Below, one piece after another: positions 20,275 through 29,177 of a DNA stretch of 64,000 bases. Location: IMG/VR virus record IMGVR_UViG_3300042885_001472; one strand, written 5' to 3'. The position numbers and the translations under genes were made by a program. The notes under the pieces are model-generated. The model ran no database searches. It was not told where the DNA came from and worked only from the letters and a program-made list of their open reading frames with translations. The stretch is from a virus. Taxonomy: Duplodnaviria; Caudoviricetes. Each line of letters starts with the position of its first letter. The stretch's first letter is position 1.

Positions 20275-23127
20275 ATGGGAAATGAATTTGTAATTAAAAA
20301 TGGTTTTATATCACAAGGAACATCTTATATAACTAATGAGGGTAAACTTGGTATTGGTACTCCATTACCCTCTGAAAAATTAGAAGTTAGTGGTAAAACA
20401 AAAACAACTAATTTACAAGTAACATATGGTTCTAGTGAAGGTTATATATTAACCGCTTTAGATAATCAAGGTAATGTAGGTTGGTTACCATTTAATAATG
20501 TTAATATCACTGAATTAGCTCCAGTAATATCAATAGTATCCACACCAATAAGTGGTAGTACTGATGGTGATAGATATTTGATAAGTGGGGGTACTGGTAT
20601 ATGGAGTGGAAAAACTAATTATATTGCCGAGTGGTTAAATCCTGATTGGGTATATACCACTGGTACTACAGATAACACAGTTTTTGTTACCGATACATTA
20701 ACAACTTATAGATATGATGGTACTAATTGGGTACCATATAGGGGTACTGTTATTTTACAAAATGGTAATAAATTAAATACCTCTATTAATATAGGTAGTA
20801 ACGATAATCAAGATATTAATTTTAGAGTTAGTGGTAGTACTAAAATGACTATCACAAAAAGTGGTAATGTTGGTATTGGTACTACTACGCCAGTAAGTTT
20901 ATTATCTGTTTATCATACTCGTACATCAACACCGATGGGTTCGACAATTGATGCAATTAATATGGGTGGACAATACTCAAATACTGCTGGACAGAACCCA
21001 AAAATTATAATATATGACGATGGTGGTTCTGTCATGGGATTTGGTGGTTCTGCGGGTCAATTAGATTACATAACCCCAAGCAGTTCTCACAGTCACGTAT
21101 TTTACACTGGTACAGTAAAGAGAGTTGTTTTAGGAGGAGATGGAAATAATGGTTTTAACATAGCATCACCAACAGCAAAAATTCATGTTGTTGGTAGTAG
21201 TTCCACATCTTCAAATTATGCTTTAAAAGTAGAAAATAGCGCAAATGCTAATTTATTTAATGTTAGAAATGATGGTAATTCTACGTTAAATGGATTAAAT
21301 ATTGGAAAAGGTCCATCACAAATAGTTAGTAATGTTGTATTTGGTGTCAATGCTTTAAGTGCTAACACGACGGGGGATAACAATTTTGCTTTTGGGTTTG
21401 AAACTTTATTAAAAAACATAAGTGGTGACAACAACGTAGGGATAGGACATAATGTATTAAGACAAAATATTTTAGGGAATGATAATGTCGGTATTGGTTC
21501 TCAAACCTTATTGGTTTCTTTAGGACATCAAAATACTGCGATAGGTGCATATTCTTTGATGGATTTAACTTCTGGTACACAAAACACCGCTGTTGGTAAT
21601 CAATCTATGCTTGTAATGACTACTGGAACTTTAAACACTTCTTTAGGGTATTATACGTTACGTTCTAATATATCAGGACAAAGAAATGTGGCGGTTGGAT
21701 GGAACGCTTTAAACTCAGCTTTAAATAGTTTTAACGTTGGATTAGGATATAGAGCTGGTGCGAATATTACGATAGGTGAATATAATACAGCCATTGGTAC
21801 AGATACTGCACCAACATTAACATCTGGAAATTATAACACTATTATTGGAAGAGATACAGGAAGAGGTATAACTACAGGTTCTAGAAATACAATCATAGGT
21901 GCATCTACATTGGGCTTGGACTCAGGTTTAAATGATACTATCATATTAGCAAAAGGTGATGGTGTTATTAGATATATTTGTACTTCATCAGGTAATACAG
22001 GGATTGGTACGATATTACCAACAACTAAACTAGATATTCTTTCGGATACAACAAATGATTCGGGTTTACGGCTTAGAAACTTAACAAGTGCTTCACCATC
22101 TACTAACGGTAAACCAATTGGCGTTGATGCTAACGGTAAAGTGGTTGCTATTGAAAATACTTGGCAATCAATTAATGCAGATACCGAAATTTACACAGAA
22201 TCAAATACAGATGTAGTGGCAACAGGCATGACTATTACACCACCCGCAGGAACTTATAAAGTAGATTTTAATGGAGAATACCAAGTGATAGCGGGTAACG
22301 TAGTTGCTTTGGCTCAATTAGATTTACAGACGTTATATTTATACTTAAATAATTTAACACCAACATCATCTCATGGTTTAACTTTTGGTAGTGGAGAAAT
22401 TTTAGGACCAGGAGTTTACACCGTTGCAGGAGCAGGTTCAGTTGCTGGTACATTAACTTTAAACGGTGGCGCCAATGATTTGTTTGTAATAAGAGTAGCA
22501 GGAGCAATTAACACAGGTGCTGCAACTACTATAAGTCTTACAGGAGGAGCAACATCCGCAAATGTATTTTTTGTTGCAACAGGTGGCGCAATTGGTATTG
22601 GAGCAAATAACAATATAGTTGGTAATTATATATCTAACGGTTCAGCTGCTGCATTGGGTGCTAATTGTGTTTTTAATGGCAGATTACTTACTACAGGTGG
22701 AGCATTAGCATTTGAATCAGGAGTACTTACTAAACCAACAACGGCAAGTGTTGTTAATATGGGTATTTTAGAAACTTTTCTTTGTTATACAAACGCTGGA
22801 AATGTTAGCAATACAGCGTTGGCTCAAATCACAGGTGATTTAGGAACATCATCTGGGGCAGTTTCAATATTTGTAAGCAGCACATTTAATGGAAACATTT
22901 ATGACAACTCTCAACAGTTTGGTAACAGTAGTAATTTTAGTTTATACGAAGGAGCAACTATGGTTTCAAATTCAAACAGACTTAAAGAAATAGATGCTTA
23001 CACCAGAGATATTATACTAAGCGGCATTGCAACGGTAGATGGCACACAGGCTATAACTGTTAGGTGGCGCACAAATATTGGAAGAGTATATTTAAATAAC
23101 AGAATATTAACAATAGTAAAATTATAA
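20275..23127 (+). CDS. Multimodular tail fibre: DUF2793-like, GNVGIG repeats, NTAxG beta-roll, C-terminal jelly-roll with inserted DUF3494-like domain
   Basis: DGDRYLI..GTGIWSGK..YIAEW (DUF2793-like); four G(N/K)xGIG motifs; 14-aa repeats; see the domain feature at 22291. Confidence 0.8.
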   Translation: MGNEFVIKNGFISQGTSYITNEGKLGIGTPLPSEKLEVSGKTKTTNLQVTYGSSEGYILTALDNQGNVGWLPFNNVNITELAPVISIVSTPISGSTDGDRYLISGGTGIWSGKTNYIAEWLNPDWVYTTGTTDNTVFVTDTLTTYRYDGTNWVPYRGTVILQNGNKLNTSINIGSNDNQDINFRVSGSTKMTITKSGNVGIGTTTPVSLLSVYHTRTSTPMGSTIDAINMGGQYSNTAGQNPKIIIYDDGGSVMGFGGSAGQLDYITPSSSHSHVFYTGTVKRVVLGGDGNNGFNIASPTAKIHVVGSSSTSSNYALKVENSANANLFNVRNDGNSTLNGLNIGKGPSQIVSNVVFGVNALSANTTGDNNFAFGFETLLKNISGDNNVGIGHNVLRQNILGNDNVGIGSQTLLVSLGHQNTAIGAYSLMDLTSGTQNTAVGNQSMLVMTTGTLNTSLGYYTLRSNISGQRNVAVGWNALNSALNSFNVGLGYRAGANITIGEYNTAIGTDTAPTLTSGNYNTIIGRDTGRGITTGSRNTIIGASTLGLDSGLNDTIILAKGDGVIRYICTSSGNTGIGTILPTTKLDILSDTTNDSGLRLRNLTSASPSTNGKPIGVDANGKVVAIENTWQSINADTEIYTESNTDVVATGMTITPPAGTYKVDFNGEYQVIAGNVVALAQLDLQTLYLYLNNLTPTSSHGLTFGSGEILGPGVYTVAGAGSVAGTLTLNGGANDLFVIRVAGAINTGAATTISLTGGATSANVFFVATGGAIGIGANNNIVGNYISNGSAAALGANCVFNGRLLTTGGALAFESGVLTKPTTASVVNMGILETFLCYTNAGNVSNTALAQITGDLGTSSGAVSIFVSSTFNGNIYDNSQQFGNSSNFSLYEGATMVSNSNRLKEIDAYTRDIILSGIATVDGTQAITVRWRTNIGRVYLNNRILTIVKL
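22291..22905 (+). other. DUF3494 (ice-binding protein family)-like domain, apparently circularly permuted
   Basis: AQLDLQTLYLYL helix; ILGPGVY...TLTLNGG..DLFVIRVAGAINTG...ISLTGGATSANVFF...FNGRLLT...VLTKP; then the segment normally N-terminal: NMG..ETF....AGNVSNT....ITGDLGT. Confidence 0.8.
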
Positions 23128-23131
23128 AATC

Positions 23132-23278
23132 ATGGAACCAATTACTTTAGAACAACTATTTATTTTAGTAGAATCATTAAAAAATGATATTAATGAAATT
23201 AAAACAGAAATTAAAACAACACAAGAACTAATATCTAAAATTCAAACACGTCACTTTAATAAAATTATAAACCCATGA
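23132..23278 (+). CDS. 48-aa coiled-coil protein (not in the ORF track)
   Basis: MEPITLEQLLFLVESLKNDINEIKTEIKTTQELISKIQTRHFNKIINP; heptad pattern; ATGA overlap with the next gene. Confidence 0.6.
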   Translation: MEPITLEQLFILVESLKNDINEIKTEIKTTQELISKIQTRHFNKIINP

Positions 23279-23730
23279 AAATCATTTCAAAAAACACACT
23301 AAACACTCAATTTAATACAACGTTGGCAAATATCACTCAACAAGGTGTAGTTGATGTTAATAATTTATATTCTAATTTATTAGCTCAACCATTAGTTGGT
23401 GGCGCAGTTTCAAATGCTGGCACAAATATTATTGTTGGAGATATTGGCACAAATGCAGGAGCAATTACAGGTTTTGAAAGTGTTACTTTGAGTGGTGTAA
23501 TTTACCCACCAAATCAAGGCTCATCAAACGTTCAAGTTTCAATTTATGTTGATGGAGTAATAGTACCAACATCTACAAGAGAGCACACAAATGTTATCAC
23601 TAAAGAAGATATAGCAATTGCAGATGTGGTTACATTAGCCGTTGGTCAGGTAGTAACAGCAAAGGTGTTAAACTCCATAGGTATTTCAAGATTTTACAAT
23701 AGAATTTTAACTATGAATTTAATAAACTAA
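23275..23730 (+). CDS. Shortened paralog of the fibre tip: DUF3494 helix, one coil, jelly-roll
   Basis: VVDVNNLYSNLLAQP followed directly by GGAVSNAGTNIIVGDIGTNAGAITGF; C-terminal FYNRILTMNL resembles YLNNRILTIVKL. Confidence 0.7.
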   Translation: MKIISKNTLNTQFNTTLANITQQGVVDVNNLYSNLLAQPLVGGAVSNAGTNIIVGDIGTNAGAITGFESVTLSGVIYPPNQGSSNVQVSIYVDGVIVPTSTREHTNVITKEDIAIADVVTLAVGQVVTAKVLNSIGISRFYNRILTMNLIN

Positions 23731-23732
23731 TT

Positions 23733-24098
23733 ATGAATTTTTACATTAAAAAAAATAGTGAATTACCCCTCTTAACAATGGAGTTAATATTTGACGGAAG
23801 AAATGATTTTCGTAATTTTTACGAATTAATTCAAAACGCGGATATCACTTTCTCTATGTTTAACCCTGAAAACAATATAAAAAAGATTTCATGTAGACCA
23901 GCGGAAATTGTTAAAAAAATTATTCCTTGTGAGGATTTAACATCTCGTGAGGAATATTATATTGTATATAAATGGAGAAAAAAGGATACTAAAGAACCTG
24001 GAACATTTATTGGTGAATTTACCATCAATTTTTTAGATGGTATGGGTACATTGGTTACCCCAATACAAGAAAAACTATTTATCCATGTAATAAATTAA
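23733..24098 (+). CDS. Hypothetical protein, BppU-N/Ig-like structural candidate
   Basis: FYIKKNSELP.L.MEL, ITFSM, IVYKWRKKDT.EPGTFIGEFTI.F. Confidence 0.55.
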   Translation: MNFYIKKNSELPLLTMELIFDGRNDFRNFYELIQNADITFSMFNPENNIKKISCRPAEIVKKIIPCEDLTSREEYYIVYKWRKKDTKEPGTFIGEFTINFLDGMGTLVTPIQEKLFIHVIN

Positions 24099-24134
24099 TT
24101 TCTTCCCTTCTTTTTATTTATCAAATTTTTTTAC

Positions 24135-24142
24135 TATATTTG
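24135..24142 (+). promoter_or_regulatory. Bacteroidota-type -7 element TATATTTG upstream of polB
   Basis: Matches TAnnTTTG, 16 nt before ATG 24159. Confidence 0.55.
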
Positions 24143-24158
24143 TGGTAAAGTTATAAAA

Positions 24159-27100
24159 ATGGAATTAAGTAAAGAAGAAATTAAGGATTTTTTGGAGGGT
24201 AGAGACCCACAAAAGTATATTATTGGTATTGAATCAACCTACGATCAAAATTTTGTTAATCTTATTATAAATGATCCCATTACTGGGAAACGTATTGAAA
24301 AACATAAGTTTAAACCATTCCTTTGGATGAAAAGTCCGGATATGGATAAGTTTTTTAAAGGTGATCGTAGACTTATCAAAACTAAGTTAAGAGAACACAT
24401 GATTACAATTACACCCCTTAAATTAGAGGATGAAAATGGTAATATCCACAAACGTTTAGAAAATGGTTTTAAGTTCTTAGTTCAAACCAGAGGTAGTTAT
24501 AGAAATATTACTAACTTTTTTAAAGAATCCGGTATTGATATTCAAAAGGAAGAAAATAGGAAGGGTTTTTTAACCCTTGGCCCTACAGAGCAATTCTTAA
24601 TACAAAGTGGTAAAAGATTATTTAAAGGGTTTGATGATTACGCGGATTTAGTTAGATTTTCTTTTGATATTGAAACCACATCTTTAACACCAGAAACCGG
24701 TAGAATTTTACAAATTGGTATGAAAGATAATCGTGGTTTTGAACACGTATTAGATATTGATAGTGATGATGAAGAACGAAACGCGATTTATACATTTTTT
24801 AATATTATTGATGAATTAAAACCAGATATTATTTGTGGTTATAATTCAGAGAACTTTGACTGGACATATATTTTAGGTCGTTGTGAATTACTTAATTTAG
24901 ATTATAAAAAAATTACTAAGACACTTAAGAATGGTATGCCACTTTATCGTAAACAAGCTACTTTAAAATTAGGTGGTGAGATGGAGTATTATCAACAAAC
25001 TGTATTATGGGGTTATAACGTTATTGATGTGTGGCACGCGGTTAGAAGAGCTAAAGCCATTAATTCAAACATCAAAGAAACTGGTTTGAAGTATATTACA
25101 AAATATTCTAAAATCGCTAAACCTAATCGTGTATATGTTGGTCACGATAAGATCGCTAAAATTTGGGTAGATGAACGTCCTTACTTATTTAACGAATCTG
25201 ATGGTAAGTATATGGTAGTTCCGGAAGATAAAACTGGTTATGAAGGATGGGAAGAAGTGGATGGTAAATTTATAATTAAGAAATATCTAATAGATGATTT
25301 ATGGGAAACAGAACAAGTTGACTACAAATATAATCAAGCGACATTTTTATTGTCTAAATTAGTTCCATCAACATTACAAAGAACCTCTACAATGGGTACA
25401 GCGGCCTTATGGAAAGTATTGATGTGTACTTGGTCATATGAGAATGGTTTAGCTATACCTGATTATCAACCTAAAGAAAAATTTCCTGGTGGATTATCTC
25501 GTTTATTAAGAATTGGTTTCGTACCAAATGTAGTTAAATTAGATTATGGATCACTTTACCCTTCAATACAATTAACTCACGATGTATTCCCAGAAGTTGA
25601 TATTACCGGTGCGTTAAAAGGTATGTTAACTTATTTATTCGCGGAACGAGATTTATATAAGAATCTAATGAAAAAAGCTCAAAGAGAAGGGGACGATAAA
25701 GGGGCTGATATGTTTGATAAGAAACAATTACCAATTAAAATTCTTAATAACTCTAACTTTGGTTCATTATCAGCCCCAGATGTATTTCCTTGGGGTGATA
25801 CTAACATTGGTGCGATGATCACTTGTACTGGTAGACAATATCTACGATTGATGATTAAATTCTTTATGGATAAGGGGTTTGAACCAATAGTAGGTGATAG
25901 TGTGACGTATGACACACCTGTTTATATTAAATATGGTGATGATATATTAGACATTTTACCAATTTCAGATTTATTTGATATAACTGGTACTATTGAAGGT
26001 GATCAATTAAGAGATTACTCAGATAAACCATATAAGATATTAACTAGAAGTGGTTGGAAAGATATTAAGTATGTTTATAGACATGGTACAGAAAAACAAA
26101 TTAAATCAATTTCAATAAAAGATAGGGGTAATGTTGATGTGACGGAAGACCATTCACTTTTTCAAAATGGGGTTGAAATAAAACCTTCATCATTAAAAAT
26201 TGGTGAATATATTGATGTTTATGAAAATGGGGATGTCAGTCAAGGTTTAATCACTAATATATCTGATATTGACAACCCATGTCCAAATAATTTTGTCTAT
26301 GATGTTTCAACAGAAGATGGGACATTTATTATCGGTAAGGGTAAAATAATCGCCCATAATACCGATGGTTTCAACTTTAAGATACCAGAAAACGCTAAAG
26401 AATTAACATACACTGGTTTAGGTACTCACTTAACAGTTGTTAAAGATAAAATATATAATGGTATTGAAGCGGCTTTAGCTGAGTTCAATGAAAAGTATAT
26501 GAGAGGTTTTATGAAGTTAGGTATTGATGAGGTAATTGAATCAACTATTAATTTATCAAGAAAAAATTATGCGGATTTAATTGATGGTGAAGTTAAGTTA
26601 GTTGGTAATACAATTAAATCGGCTAAGATGCCAAAGTACATTGAAGATTTTTTAGATAAAGCGATTAGAATGTTATTAGAAGGTAATGGTAATGAATTCA
26701 TTGAACTTTATTATGAGAATGTTGAAATGATTTATAACCAAGAAATCCCATTACTTAAAATCGCTAGTAAAGGGAAAGTAAAACAAACATTAGAAAGTTA
26801 TAAAGAAAATACTAAAAGGAAGAATAAAGCCGGTAATCCTATGCCACGTCAGGCTCATATGGAACTTTTATTAAAAGAAAATATTAATGTTAACCTTGGT
26901 GACACAATATATTATATTAATACCGGTACTAAAAAATCTCACGCTGATGTTAAAGCTAAAAAGAATAAAGATGGTACTACTGACATTGAATTTAATTCAT
27001 CGTTAATCTTAACTAATCAAATTGAGAATAATCCAGATTTAAAGGGTGAGTATAATGTCACTAAATATTTAGTGGCTTTTAACACTAGGATTGAACCATT

Positions 27101-27368
27101 AATTGTTTGTTTTAGTCCGGAAATTAGAAGTGATATTTTAATTGATAATCCATCAAAAAGACAATATTTTACCAAGAAACAACTTGAACTATGTTCTGGT
27201 TTCCCAACAGATCCTATTGATCAGGATACATTAGATGATGTTTTTGTTATGGAACAAAAAGAAATTGACTTTTGGGAAAAGGTTGGTGCTAATCCGGAAT
27301 ATATGTATATCACGGAAATTGAACCTACTGAAATTATTAATGAACCAACTGATACAGAATACTTTTAG
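24159..27368 (+). CDS. polB: Family B DNA polymerase with intein
   Basis: Exonuclease FDIET, GYNSENFD; motif A LDYGSLYPS; motif B KILNNSNFG; motif C VGD/TDG split by the intein; RKNYA. Confidence 0.97.
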   Translation: MELSKEEIKDFLEGRDPQKYIIGIESTYDQNFVNLIINDPITGKRIEKHKFKPFLWMKSPDMDKFFKGDRRLIKTKLREHMITITPLKLEDENGNIHKRLENGFKFLVQTRGSYRNITNFFKESGIDIQKEENRKGFLTLGPTEQFLIQSGKRLFKGFDDYADLVRFSFDIETTSLTPETGRILQIGMKDNRGFEHVLDIDSDDEERNAIYTFFNIIDELKPDIICGYNSENFDWTYILGRCELLNLDYKKITKTLKNGMPLYRKQATLKLGGEMEYYQQTVLWGYNVIDVWHAVRRAKAINSNIKETGLKYITKYSKIAKPNRVYVGHDKIAKIWVDERPYLFNESDGKYMVVPEDKTGYEGWEEVDGKFIIKKYLIDDLWETEQVDYKYNQATFLLSKLVPSTLQRTSTMGTAALWKVLMCTWSYENGLAIPDYQPKEKFPGGLSRLLRIGFVPNVVKLDYGSLYPSIQLTHDVFPEVDITGALKGMLTYLFAERDLYKNLMKKAQREGDDKGADMFDKKQLPIKILNNSNFGSLSAPDVFPWGDTNIGAMITCTGRQYLRLMIKFFMDKGFEPIVGDSVTYDTPVYIKYGDDILDILPISDLFDITGTIEGDQLRDYSDKPYKILTRSGWKDIKYVYRHGTEKQIKSISIKDRGNVDVTEDHSLFQNGVEIKPSSLKIGEYIDVYENGDVSQGLITNISDIDNPCPNNFVYDVSTEDGTFIIGKGKIIAHNTDGFNFKIPENAKELTYTGLGTHLTVVKDKIYNGIEAALAEFNEKYMRGFMKLGIDEVIESTINLSRKNYADLIDGEVKLVGNTIKSAKMPKYIEDFLDKAIRMLLEGNGNEFIELYYENVEMIYNQEIPLLKIASKGKVKQTLESYKENTKRKNKAGNPMPRQAHMELLLKENINVNLGDTIYYINTGTKKSHADVKAKKNKDGTTDIEFNSSLILTNQIENNPDLKGEYNVTKYLVAFNTRIEPLIVCFSPEIRSDILIDNPSKRQYFTKKQLELCSGFPTDPIDQDTLDDVFVMEQKEIDFWEKVGANPEYMYITEIEPTEIINEPTDTEYF
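25899..26360 (+). mobile_element. Mini-intein (154 aa, no homing endonuclease) in polymerase motif C
   Basis: GD|SVTYDTPVYIK...VDVTEDHSLF (block B)...VYDVSTEDGTF (block F)...IIAHN|TDG. Confidence 0.95.
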
Positions 27369-27371
27369 TAT

Positions 27372-27408
27372 AAACCCCCCTACTTGATTTATTTAGGGGG
27401 GATTTTTT
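27372..27408. terminator. Bidirectional intrinsic terminator between convergent polB and neck genes
   Basis: CCCCCCTA-11 nt-TAGGGGGG stem, followed by a T-run and preceded by an A-run. Confidence 0.8.
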
Positions 27409-28561
27409 ATATTACAATAATAGGTAATGGTCTAAATTTTAATGAGTTATTTAAATGTAAAGCTTCATTAGCTTGTCTTTCTAATTGTTTTTCAGTACCC
27501 AACTTAATTAATCTACCTTCAGGTCCAGTTAATTCATCAGTTAATGTTTTAATTTCTTCTTTACCTTCAGTTAATAGACTTTCATAATCCATTGTAACAT
27601 CACCTTCAGGTACTTTTAACGCACCACTATACTTACCCCTAACTCTTCCAAGGGTAACTTTAGATTTAGCTACTAAATATTGACGAACCCAAATCTTTGT
27701 TGGTTCATTAAAATCACAATAATCTAATTTAGATAATGGAACTTCATTTGGTAATTTAATAATATCTTTATTCGCAGCTCTACAAGCGTCAACATTTTCA
27801 GCTGTAGTATCGTAATAATGATACCATACTTTAGAACCACTTAACCCAATTGATCCACCAGTACCTTGACCAAAACTAAGTTTAGAACCAGGTGTTGACA
27901 TTAAATGTAATAATCTTGTACCATCCGGTCCGGCAGTCACTTTAAATATTAAATCACTTTTAACAATTCTTCGTTTTAAATTAAAATCAGCGGCACGTAA
28001 TAATATGTCATACGCAGGGGCCATATAAAAACCACCAGTACCATATCCACCACCACCACCATCACCATAACCAGTTTGAGCACCCATACCTAAACCTCCA
28101 CCAAAACCAGCACCACCACCAAATCCATAATATGAATATAGGGCGTGATCAATTGAAGGTGGAGTCATCCATAAAACTTCATTGATTTCTCTACCACTAG
28201 GTATTTGATATACTTGTACACCATCTCTAACGGTTACGAAATCTTTTTTTAATTCCCATGGACCCCTAGTTTGATTACCAGTTATTTTAGAATACGCATA
28301 AGTAAATTGATCAACAAAATTTAAAGATCTTGTTGTTAAGGCGAAAGCTACATCCGCGTTACCAACATCAAGACCAACTAATCCAGGCCATTGATTATCA
28401 ATTAACCAGTTTTGAACTAAACGAGTATAATCTTCAATAGATATTTTAAGTAAAATATCCAACATATCGTTAGTTAACTCAATTTTCCTAATAGGTGAAC
28501 CTAACTCAGTTCTAACAATGTCATATAGACAATTTTTTTCTTCATCTGAAATACAGGCCAT
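27407..28561 (-). CDS. Neck protein, T4 gp13-like
   Basis: ELGSPIRKIELT..ML; C-terminal WVRQYLVAKSK..LG.VRGKY.G.L.VP.G.VT.....L..EG.EEI..L. Confidence 0.75.
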   Translation of the reverse strand: MACISDEEKNCLYDIVRTELGSPIRKIELTNDMLDILLKISIEDYTRLVQNWLIDNQWPGLVGLDVGNADVAFALTTRSLNFVDQFTYAYSKITGNQTRGPWELKKDFVTVRDGVQVYQIPSGREINEVLWMTPPSIDHALYSYYGFGGGAGFGGGLGMGAQTGYGDGGGGGYGTGGFYMAPAYDILLRAADFNLKRRIVKSDLIFKVTAGPDGTRLLHLMSTPGSKLSFGQGTGGSIGLSGSKVWYHYYDTTAENVDACRAANKDIIKLPNEVPLSKLDYCDFNEPTKIWVRQYLVAKSKVTLGRVRGKYSGALKVPEGDVTMDYESLLTEGKEEIKTLTDELTGPEGRLIKLGTEKQLERQANEALHLNNSLKFRPLPIIVI

Positions 28562-28602
28562 AATTATTCTTTTTTAATAAATATATGGATATTTATCTTT
28601 TG

Positions 28603-28914
28603 ATGGATATTAAAAAAATTATACGTAAAAATTTAGTTGAACACCACGATCTAATTAGACATGATAGTTCAGTAGATCTATTAAAAAAAGCTACAAGCTC
28701 ATTAGTTGATACGGTTAGATATTTAGAAACATTAACACAACAAGTAGACCAAAAAGAATGTAATGAGACACTAATTAGGGTATTAGATATTATTCGTCAC
28801 CCAATGGGTAGTGTTAGTGATGGTGGTTTCAACCATAAAAATGATGGTAATATTTTAGCACTTTTAGAAATGATTTCTTCTATTATTAGTAGAGAGAATT
28901 ATCCAAGACAATAG
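28603..28914 (+). CDS. Hypothetical protein (start revised from 28585 to 28603)
   Basis: MDIKKIIRKNLVE; the ATATTTAT at 28589-28596 falls inside the longer call. Confidence 0.65.
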   Translation: MDIKKIIRKNLVEHHDLIRHDSSVDLLKKATSSLVDTVRYLETLTQQVDQKECNETLIRVLDIIRHPMGSVSDGGFNHKNDGNILALLEMISSIISRENYPRQ

Positions 28915-28916
28915 AA

Positions 28917-29177
28917 TTAATTAAATATTAAATCGTTAATTTTTTCTACACAACCATCTATTGTTGAAAAATCTTTCTCCGGAATTAGCCAAGTACCACC
29001 AACAGAAACTAAAGGTATTAAATCAGTACCCAGTTCATTAAGTACTTTTTCATATTCATCCTTATAGATATCTATATCTTTATCAATATATTTAATATCA
29101 AGTTCTTTTAATTTTCCTTTTAATGTGGTACAATATCCACAATTTTTCATACTATAAACCAATATTCTTTTTATCAT
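28917..29177 (-). CDS. Glutaredoxin/NrdH-like redoxin
   Basis: VYSMKNCGYC (CxxC), IPLVSVGG. Confidence 0.9.
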   Translation of the reverse strand: MIKRILVYSMKNCGYCTTLKGKLKELDIKYIDKDIDIYKDEYEKVLNELGTDLIPLVSVGGTWLIPEKDFSTIDGCVEKINDLIFN

